DNA of 32,000 nucleotides from Methanococcus maripaludis (GTDB lineage Archaea; AGJL01; Methanococci; Methanococcales; Methanococcaceae): NCBI RefSeq assembly GCF_002945325.1, contig NZ_CP026606.1, positions 510,001 to 542,000 of the forward strand, read 5' to 3'. Shown piece by piece: positions 24,978 to 32,000 of this stretch (position 1 is its first letter; each line of letters starts with the position of its first letter). The notes under the pieces were generated by a model. It saw only the letters and a program-made list of their open reading frames with translations, ran no database searches and was not told where the DNA came from. The position numbers and the translations under genes were made by a program.

Positions 24978-26624
24978 TTAAATTTTTGAATTTTCTGGAA
25001 CATTTAAAATATAAAACGGCCATTTTTTGAGAACCCCTTTTGGAAGATCGCCTTTTTTAACCTTTTCTAAAAGTTCAGTGTGGTCAATTGCAGTTTTAAC
25101 ATCAGTATTTCCCATTTCAAGTGAAATCTTCTCATTTTTTAAAGCTTTTTCTATATCTTCCCCGATCGAACAGTTTGGCATTTCCTCTTTTATTTTATCA
25201 ATAAGCACATTTTTATTATTTTCAAGCGGTAAAACCATTTTATAAGAGTCACTTGAAACTAAAAGTACAGGATTATCCTTTTCTAATCCAAATCTCTGCC
25301 CCATACACGAAACCATCTTTCGAGGGTTGAATACCTCAATTCCACCAATATCAAAATAATCTCCTGCAAAAAATTCTGTATTTTCCGGAAAACCTTCGAG
25401 TTTCATTTCTAATTTTAATTTAAATCCAGATCTTAAAATTTCACCAGAAATTTTTGGAATCCCTTCCTGATTTAAGATAGTTATTACATCCCCTGTATCG
25501 ATATTTATTAAAGGATTTGAACCAGGCCTTGAAACAAGCAAAACTCCATATTTATCTTTAGTTTTAGAGATAAATTCCTTTTTACCCTTTCTTTCAATTA
25601 CAGGATACGTTAAGGGAAATGTATACATTCTGTAATTATCTTCCTTATTTATCCCTCCTGCAAATGGGCCGATTTCGCTTCCAACGTAGAGGTTTGTAAA
25701 CTTTTCTTCGCCAACATTCCAACCCATAAATTTCCTAATTTTTACCCATTCATCTTTTGAAAGAGAAGTTATGCTAAATATCAGCGTAGCATCTTTAAGT
25801 GCTTCGGAAAGCCTGTTTTGGATTTCTTCTGCAAAATTTTTAAGTCCAATTCGATCATACAATTTTTTTAATTCGAAAGCTTCTCTGTTTTCTTCTTTTA
25901 TTGTTTCCCAATCAATTGATTTTATTGATTTTTCAAGTCCAGTTCTTAATTTATCAATATCTGCCCATTTGATAATCGTTGCTGCAGGTGCAGAAATTAC
26001 TGAAATATCGTCAAGAGCTAGTATTTTTGAAATTGTAAGTAAATTAAGCGCATTTTTGTATTCATCGATTAAATACGAAGAAGGGCGGATGTGTGACAAA
26101 ACAACTCGTTGAGAAAATTCCGACGTGTAAAGGCGAATAAGGTTTAAATCATCAACTTTTGATAAACCATCAACTTTAATCCTGCTTGGAACAAAAATTA
26201 CTGGTGATTTGTTTTTTGATAATCCGCTTGATTCAAATATTGCCTGCATTCCTGGAACCCAGACTCGCTTTAAAAAATCATCAGAAATTAAAAACCATTT
26301 TAACTTTGTAATGTCCCCTCCAGAAGTTCCAGATGTATGGGTTACGATTGCAGTATCTTTTGAAAATAAATCGTTTATATCATCTTTTTCGAGTTTTTCT
26401 TTTAAAAAAGTTTTAGGATTTAATGAAAACTCTTTTGGATCAGTTTTTTTTGAATATGTATCCGTTATAATATCATTTGAAAGCCCAGAATTTTTAAAAA
26501 TTGCATCTTCGTATTCTTCGACTGAAGAGATGTCTAACCATTTTTTCCAATTGGAGCTTTTAATATCCTTAAAATAACTATAAAATACTTTTTGAAGGTT
26601 GATATCAAAATCGTAAGCATCCAA
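24978..26624 (-). CDS. Adenylate-forming enzyme (ANL/GH3/PaaK-like superfamily), 548 aa
   Basis: VTHTSGTSGGDITKLKW resembles the phosphate-binding S/T-G-rich loop of adenylating enzymes. Size and the later YVGSEIGPFAGG and GDVITI blocks are compatible. Substrate unknown. Confidence 0.5.
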   Translation of the reverse strand: MDAYDFDINLQKVFYSYFKDIKSSNWKKWLDISSVEEYEDAIFKNSGLSNDIITDTYSKKTDPKEFSLNPKTFLKEKLEKDDINDLFSKDTAIVTHTSGTSGGDITKLKWFLISDDFLKRVWVPGMQAIFESSGLSKNKSPVIFVPSRIKVDGLSKVDDLNLIRLYTSEFSQRVVLSHIRPSSYLIDEYKNALNLLTISKILALDDISVISAPAATIIKWADIDKLRTGLEKSIKSIDWETIKEENREAFELKKLYDRIGLKNFAEEIQNRLSEALKDATLIFSITSLSKDEWVKIRKFMGWNVGEEKFTNLYVGSEIGPFAGGINKEDNYRMYTFPLTYPVIERKGKKEFISKTKDKYGVLLVSRPGSNPLINIDTGDVITILNQEGIPKISGEILRSGFKLKLEMKLEGFPENTEFFAGDYFDIGGIEVFNPRKMVSCMGQRFGLEKDNPVLLVSSDSYKMVLPLENNKNVLIDKIKEEMPNCSIGEDIEKALKNEKISLEMGNTDVKTAIDHTELLEKVKKGDLPKGVLKKWPFYILNVPENSKI

Positions 26625-26791
26625 AAATACCGCCTCCGTGCGATTTAATAAAGATATGTCATAAAAAGTATATTTTAATTTCGAAATTTTAGAAACCCCT
26701 CAACATCTTTTTCGAAAAATATAATTAAATTAAAATAGACCCGACATAAATATTAATTTTATTATAATGAAAATAGATAGGGGGTAAAATT

Positions 26792-26989
26792 ATGGTATCT
26801 TTACTACCAATTTTAGCAGGCTCTTGTTTAGTGATAGCGACAATTACAACGCTATTTATTCGAAAGATTAAAAAAGAGATTCAAACTATTAAAGAAGGTA
26901 ATTCAAATATGGCGGATTCTTCAATTTACGACACAGAATGCGGTCATAATAATCATCACCATGATTGTGACGACTGTGATAATGATTAA
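26792..26989 (+). CDS. 65-aa membrane-anchored peptide with a His/Cys/Asp-rich tail
   Basis: Strong RBS TAGGGGGTAAAATTATG. N-terminal TM LLPILAGSCLVIATITTLFI. C-terminal ECGHNNHHHDCDDCDND. Confidence 0.55.
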   Translation: MVSLLPILAGSCLVIATITTLFIRKIKKEIQTIKEGNSNMADSSIYDTECGHNNHHHDCDDCDND

Positions 26990-27102
26990 GAAATATTAAA
27001 AATTTCAAGTAATTCCAATCGAGAAATATAAAATTTCTAAAAAAGATTCTTAAAAATTTAAAAAAAGAATTTAAAATAATTTTAAGTAAAAAAGGAGATT
27101 AA

Positions 27103-28719
27103 TTAGTTGCCGCTTGCAACTTCGATTATTGATCTTCTTCCTCTTCTTTCGTTCTTGAATGAATCAAGAATTATTTCTGCATCGCTTGAAGATACAGTTA
27201 CAAAGGAAAATTTCTCAAATACTTTTACATCGTCGATGTCTCTTCCTTTAACATCGGATTTTCTTGAAATGTGATCCACTAATTTTTTAGGGTTCATTTT
27301 ATCAAGTTTACCTAAAGCTACAAAGAGTCTTACGTTTTCACCAGGTGCGAAAGATCTTCTTCCTCTGCTGTCATTTCTTCCAGATCTTTCAGATCTTTGT
27401 GAACCTCTTCCAATTTTTTTGTAGTTTGATTCACTTAATTCATCTTTTAAAGCATATTTTAAAACTGCTGAAAGAACTTCTTGAGGATCTGCATCTTCTA
27501 ATAAATCAGAAGCCATTTTTTCGCAATCAGCGTATTTTCCAGATTCTAAAACTTCTTTTATTCCGGAAATGATTTTTATTTTTTTAGCACTGATTATATC
27601 TTTAACATCAGGAACTTCTTCTCTTTTAATTTCAGTTTTTGCAATTTTTTGGATGTATTTAAACTTCCTAAATTCTGAAGGTTCAACAAATGTAATTGCA
27701 TAACCTTGTTTTCCAGCTCGGCCTGTTCTTCCAATTCTGTGGACGTATGATTCAGGATTTTGTGGAATATCAAAGTTTACAACGTGTGTTAAATCGTTGA
27801 TATCAATTCCTCTTGCTGCAACATCAGTTGCTACGAGAACGTTGATTTTCTTTCCTTTAAATTTGTCGAGTGTTTTTTCTCTTTGAGCTTGGGTCATGTC
27901 CCCGTGAAGACCTTCTGCAGCATACCCTTTCTCATTCAATCTGTTTGCAACTTCGTCAACGTCTGCTTTTGTTTTACAGAAAATTAAACCGTAAAATTCT
28001 TTTTCCGTGTCAATGATTCTTGAAAGTAATTCAAATTTATCTCTTGAGTGAATTTCATAGAATGATTGGTCGGTTAAAGTAGTTGTAAGCTGCTGTCTTT
28101 TAACTTTGATAATGTCGTATTCTCTCATGTAATTTTTAGCAAGTTTCATGATACTATCAGGAAGTGTTGCTGAGAATAAAAGCATTCTTTTGTCAGTGCT
28201 TACTGATTTTAAGATTTCTTCAACATCGTCAATGAATCCCATGTTTAACATTTCGTCAGCTTCATCTAAAACTACATATGAAACGTTTTCAAGTTTTATT
28301 GTTCTTCTTGAGATGTGGTCGAGGATCCTTCCAGGAGTTCCAACAACAATCTGAACTCCTCTTCTTAATTCTCTTATCTGTCTATCAATTGATTGACCGC
28401 CGTATACCGGGAAAACATTCAATCTTTTTGAACCTTTGATTGAATCGATTTCTTCTGCAACTTGTATTGCGAGTTCTCTTGTAGGTGCTAAAATAAGTGC
28501 TTGCGTGTTCCTTGAGTGTTCGTCAATTGTTTCTAAAATAGGAATACCAAATGCTGCGGTTTTTCCAGTACCTGTTTGAGCTTGGCCGACAATATCTCTT
28601 TTTCCTTCAATTAAAATAGGAATTGCTTGTTCCTGAATAGGGGTTGGGTTTGTGAAGCCTTTCTTTTCTAATGCTTCTAATATCTCGTCAGATAGACCTA
28701 AATTTTTAAAACTTTCCAT
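27103..28719 (-). CDS. deaD: DEAD-box ATP-dependent RNA helicase (DeaD/CsdA-like, with C-terminal RNA-binding extension)
   Basis: Q motif GFTNPTPIQ; AQTGTGKT; PTRELA; TPGR; DEAD; SAT; ARGID; HRIGRTGRAG. The C-terminal RG-rich linker plus a DbpA-like domain (VRLFVALGKLDKMNPKKLV). Confidence 0.95.
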   Translation of the reverse strand: MESFKNLGLSDEILEALEKKGFTNPTPIQEQAIPILIEGKRDIVGQAQTGTGKTAAFGIPILETIDEHSRNTQALILAPTRELAIQVAEEIDSIKGSKRLNVFPVYGGQSIDRQIRELRRGVQIVVGTPGRILDHISRRTIKLENVSYVVLDEADEMLNMGFIDDVEEILKSVSTDKRMLLFSATLPDSIMKLAKNYMREYDIIKVKRQQLTTTLTDQSFYEIHSRDKFELLSRIIDTEKEFYGLIFCKTKADVDEVANRLNEKGYAAEGLHGDMTQAQREKTLDKFKGKKINVLVATDVAARGIDINDLTHVVNFDIPQNPESYVHRIGRTGRAGKQGYAITFVEPSEFRKFKYIQKIAKTEIKREEVPDVKDIISAKKIKIISGIKEVLESGKYADCEKMASDLLEDADPQEVLSAVLKYALKDELSESNYKKIGRGSQRSERSGRNDSRGRRSFAPGENVRLFVALGKLDKMNPKKLVDHISRKSDVKGRDIDDVKVFEKFSFVTVSSSDAEIILDSFKNERRGRRSIIEVASGN

Positions 28720-28822
28720 AGTATATCCTCTTTTTTGAATTTTACGTCAAAAATGAATGCGAATATAAATTCTGAATAATCTTTTGAAAAAATCATAATT
28801 AATTAAAAAGAGTAAAATAACT

Positions 28823-28888
28823 CCCAAATTATGATTCACGAGGTTGTAGTCAAACCCTCGTAAATCATACGACATGGAGAAATTTGGG
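28823..28888 (-). promoter_or_regulatory. Predicted structured element in the deaD 5' leader (nested hairpin)
   Basis: Outer pairing cccaaatt (28823-30) with aatttggg (28881-88). Inner 13-bp stem 28831-43 with 28856-68. Its only mismatch (C.A on the plus strand) becomes a G.U wobble in the minus-strand (deaD-sense) transcript. Lies ~105-170 nt upstream of the deaD ATG. Confidence 0.4.
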
Positions 28889-29831
28889 CTTTGACTATTA
28901 GTCTTTCCGATCAAAAGGATTTACATTCAATCCATCGCCAACTAGTAGTAATACTGTATACTCCTATATCAAGTTATGCCTCGAAATGAACTATAACTAA
29001 TAAAAATAGAAATTAAAACAATTTATTTAATGTCAAAAAAAGTCTCAAAAATAATAGATAAATGATCAGCCACAAGCCCCCCGAAATGTGGCTAACCAAA
29101 AATTATATAATTCAATATATTTATCCCCCAAAAATACTATAACACCGTGTTTATCCGATTCCTTTAGATTAACCCCAAAATTTTCAAGTTATTCATTTTG
29201 TAATGTTGTTACATAACGTTTAACTAGATAACTACTCCAAACTATATTCTCTCTATAGGGCAATATATAGGTTATGCTAGGAAAATATCGCCTTTATGAA
29301 AAATTCTACTAATTTGTAATAATATTTTATTAAACATACATAAAAAAATAATACAATATTGAACTTTATAATTTATACATCAAAATCCAATTTTAAACTG
29401 TTTTTTAACCAAAATATGGATGATATCATCTTTTTTAAAAATTTTATAAAAGTAATATCTATTTTTTAGAAATTAAAATTAGGATAAAACTTTTTTTCGT
29501 CAAATTTACCCGATAATCTCAGGATTGCCGCTTAAAAAAGCTCTTTTTTGATTTTTAAAATAATTTTTTAACAACTAACAATTTACCTAAATTGTTAGTT
29601 TAAAATATTCGGACAAAATACCCCATTTATAGAATCTATTTAACTATATAAATAAATATTTTAATATTTAGATAAATAATTAAATAAAACCATATGTAAA
29701 AATATTTAAATATATAAAATGACATATATAACCAAAAACGGTTAAAACAGGCTAAATAAATATATAAAGAATGAAAACAATATTAAAAGAATAATTAAGA
29801 AAATTTAAGAACTTAAACTTATGTTGGTAAT

Positions 29832-30380
29832 ATGACAAGGCACTATTGCAAAGACTGGCTTACAAAAGACGAGTTAAAACTATTTATCGATACGGTAGAC
29901 TCAAAAGAACACAAACTGTTCTTTAAAATGCTCTATGGAATGGCACTCAGGGTCTCAGAACTCTTAACAATTGAAGTAAAAAACATAAATTTAAACGAAG
30001 GCGTTTGTAAATTACTGGACACTAAAACTGAAAACTTCCAAATCTGCGTTATTCCAGAGTGGTTAAATGAAGATATTTTCGGACATATCGTCGATAACAA
30101 TTTAAAAGATGATGACAGACTTTTTAAGTTTAAAAACCGGACATACGCGTGGGAACTCGTTAAAAAGTATACTAAAGATGCTAAAATCCATAAAGAATTT
30201 TCAACACACACATTTAGAAGAAGTAGGGCCCTACACCTGTTAAATGACGGAGTTCCGCTTGAAAAAGTGAGTAAATATTTACGACACAAGTCAATAAACA
30301 CCACTATGCACTATCTGAAAATTACCGTTGACGACATTAAAAAGGAACTTGTAAAAATTGGAGACTGGTACGACCTTTAA
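29832..30380 (+). CDS. Minimal tyrosine recombinase/integrase (catalytic domain only, 182 aa)
   Basis: ALRVSELL (Arg I), HTFRRSRA (H-x-x-R), RHKSINTTMHYL (His/Tyr nucleophile region). An in-frame stop 18 nt upstream excludes an N-terminal core-binding domain. Confidence 0.8.
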   Translation: MTRHYCKDWLTKDELKLFIDTVDSKEHKLFFKMLYGMALRVSELLTIEVKNINLNEGVCKLLDTKTENFQICVIPEWLNEDIFGHIVDNNLKDDDRLFKFKNRTYAWELVKKYTKDAKIHKEFSTHTFRRSRALHLLNDGVPLEKVSKYLRHKSINTTMHYLKITVDDIKKELVKIGDWYDL

Positions 30381-30471
30381 CCAGATTTTAAATGTTTTTC
30401 GGACAAGTTTATAAATTAAATAAGTATTTTTACCATAAAGTTTAAACTTAGTATAATTTCAAATAGATGTT

Positions 30472-31230
30472 GTGAGTAAAACTATGAAAAAGATATGTTT
30501 TGTAATGACAATCGTACTGATTTTAGCAATTTCGGCATGTATTTCACTCCCGTCTGAAAAAATGACTATTGAAAATGGAACATTAACTGTAGGAGTATTC
30601 AAACATGCTCCCCCTGCCGTTTATGAGCAGAATGGAGAACTGATAGGATTTGAAGTTGATTTAATTTCAGAAATTGCAAAAAGAATGAATTTAAATGTTA
30701 AATTTAAAGAATACATGTTTTCTAACCTTTTAAATGCTGTAGCAAATAATGAAATCGATTGTGCAATATCGGACATTTCAATATCTCCTGAAAGGGAAAA
30801 AATAGTGAGTTTTACAAGGGCCTATTCGCATACCGAACTGGTAGTACTGGTTAGAAAAGAAAGTGGCATCCAAACAATCACTGATTTAAATGGTAAAAAA
30901 ATTGGTGTTGTTGATTAGACAATACACGAAACTAAGGCAAAAAGTCTTCAAAAAAGTATGGATTTTGAAATAGTTGAATATGATACCCCGATAGAACTGT
31001 ATAACGATTTAAATAACGGAAAAATTGATGCAACCATATCTGAAATGGATAATTTTAAAGTTTCAAGTTATATGAATCAGTTAGACCTAATTGATACTTT
31101 AGAAATTCTTTATTCAGGAATTGCAGTAAATAAAGACAATAAAGAATTATTGCATGAAATGGACAGAATATTACTCGAACTGGAAACAGAAGGATACATT
31201 GAAGAATTAAAACAGGAATGGTCAAATTAA
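30472..31230 (+). pseudogene. Family-3 (amino-acid type) ABC substrate-binding lipoprotein interrupted by a single in-frame TAG at 30916-30918
   Basis: ORFs 30472-30918 and 30958-31230 are in the same frame. The joined product reads ...LNGKKIGVVD*TIHETKAKSLQKSMDFEIVEYDT... and has SBP_bac_3-like blocks (GFEVDLISEIAKRMNL, ISISPEREK). The N-terminus has a signal peptide/lipobox-like LAISAC. Confidence 0.7.
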
Positions 31231-31345
31231 TAATGTATTTTAAATACTTTTTTAAATAATACTAGTTACTGGTTAATAAGAATAAAACTCTACTTTTTTA
31301 CCGATAAAACAAAATTTAAACGGATAAATTTAAAGATGATAACAA

Positions 31346-31867
31346 ATGTCTGAAAAATACAAAACATACCATACTTCAAAATATTTATCAAAGGAAGACG
31401 TGGAAAAGTTAATAAAAGACGGTGTTGACGAAGTTACAATGCCAAAATCAATATATGAATACATGGAAAAGAAAAACAAAGGCGCATTAAATCGTCTTTT
31501 GATTTTTGGGGTCGATGTATCAATTACAGATCAGGTTGGACGGCCGAAAAAAGTTGAAGGAGATATAAAGAAAAAAATCATTGAAGAAATTATCAATGGA
31601 AAAAGCATTCGAAAAGTTGCTGAAGAATACGACCTGAAGAAATCAACCATCTGGGACAATATCAAAGACGATATGGCAAAAATCAAACAGGAAAAATTTA
31701 GAAAAATGATTTACGATTATAAAGAGCTTTTAATCGAAAAAGAAAGATATACTGAGTATATAGAAACACTTTTCTGTGAACTTGACATGAATATTTCAAA
31801 CGACAATTTAAAAGAAGCCGAAAAAATACTCCTAAAAATTATAGAATATTCTAAAAGAAAAGATTAA
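31346..31867 (+). CDS. Helix-turn-helix (resolvase/HTH_7-like) protein with coiled-coil tail
   Basis: GRPKKVEGDIKKKIIEEIINGKSIRKVAEEYDLKKSTIWDNI resembles the C-terminal HTH of serine recombinases (GRP..l......I......G.S.r.iA...gvs.sTiyr), but no catalytic domain is present. Confidence 0.5.
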   Translation: MSEKYKTYHTSKYLSKEDVEKLIKDGVDEVTMPKSIYEYMEKKNKGALNRLLIFGVDVSITDQVGRPKKVEGDIKKKIIEEIINGKSIRKVAEEYDLKKSTIWDNIKDDMAKIKQEKFRKMIYDYKELLIEKERYTEYIETLFCELDMNISNDNLKEAEKILLKIIEYSKRKD

Positions 31868-32000
31868 TTTTTTTAATAAACTACATCGGCTATTTTTTTA
31901 AATATTTTAAATTATCCTATATAATTAACTCATCAAAACAGTATTAATAAGTAAATATCCATAATATAATACATCAGATGCGGAGGGGAAATTTTTGCAA

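Noticed and set aside
25027-28354. Plus-strand ORFs inside the adenylate-forming enzyme and DEAD-box helicase genes (25027-25245, 25771-26112, 26209-26577, 27345-27572, 28148-28354).
   Set aside because: These are antisense shadows of well-supported minus-strand genes, with low-complexity translations.
30916-30918. In-frame TAG as a pyrrolysine codon.
   Set aside because: Pyrrolysine decoding is known from Methanosarcinales/Methanomassiliicoccales-type lineages, not Methanococcales. No pyl genes or tRNA-Pyl are in the window, and solute-binding proteins are not known Pyl proteins. A nonsense mutation is the simpler reading.

Overview
AT-rich archaeal sequence, most consistent with a Methanococcus-type methanogen. 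The clues are a TBP-fold gene, GGTG/GAGG ribosome-binding sites a few nt before starts, a tRNA without encoded CCA, and A/T-rich TATA-like promoters. This assignment is inference from the sequence only.

nt 1 to ~24,800 reads as one large accessory island that ends against the 3' end of a tRNA-Ser(GCU) gene. nt ~24,900-28,700 looks like ordinary chromosome (adenylate-forming enzyme, small metal-binding membrane peptide, DEAD-box helicase). nt 28,700-32,000 holds a 1.1-kb non-coding tract, a minimal tyrosine recombinase, a nonsense-interrupted solute-binding-protein gene and an HTH gene.

Island content, in order:
1. A tightly coupled MACPF/MABP pore-former gene plus a CdtB-type DNase gene.
2. 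A type I restriction-modification operon (hsdM-hsdR-hsdS). It is preceded by a PD-(D/E)xK+DUF5655-like gene and followed by an EVE/PUA-like gene.
3. A divergent TBP paralog plus small AbrB-like and RHH regulators.
4. A cassette-like array. A 136-aa gene is followed by a 208-bp leader and a PI-PLC/three-fold-repeat lectin-like toxin gene. Then come a 3' remnant of another 136-aa gene copy, the same 208-bp leader (1 mismatch), and a P47/TULIP-like membrane-anchored protein gene.
5. A decayed RelE/ParE-type toxin-antitoxin pair.
6. A three-gene membrane-protein operon divergent from a 1009-aa P-loop/TPR (STAND-like) gene.
7. A wHTH / 360-aa unknown / wHTH unit.
8. A second 136-aa paralog, iteron-like GGTAAC repeats, then the tRNA.

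The most interesting signal is the cluster of four bacterial-toxin-type families (MACPF, CdtB, PI-PLC, P47-like) in an archaeon. The three whose N-termini are visible lack signal peptides, and two sit in a duplicated-leader cassette architecture. No CRISPR array or rRNA was seen.
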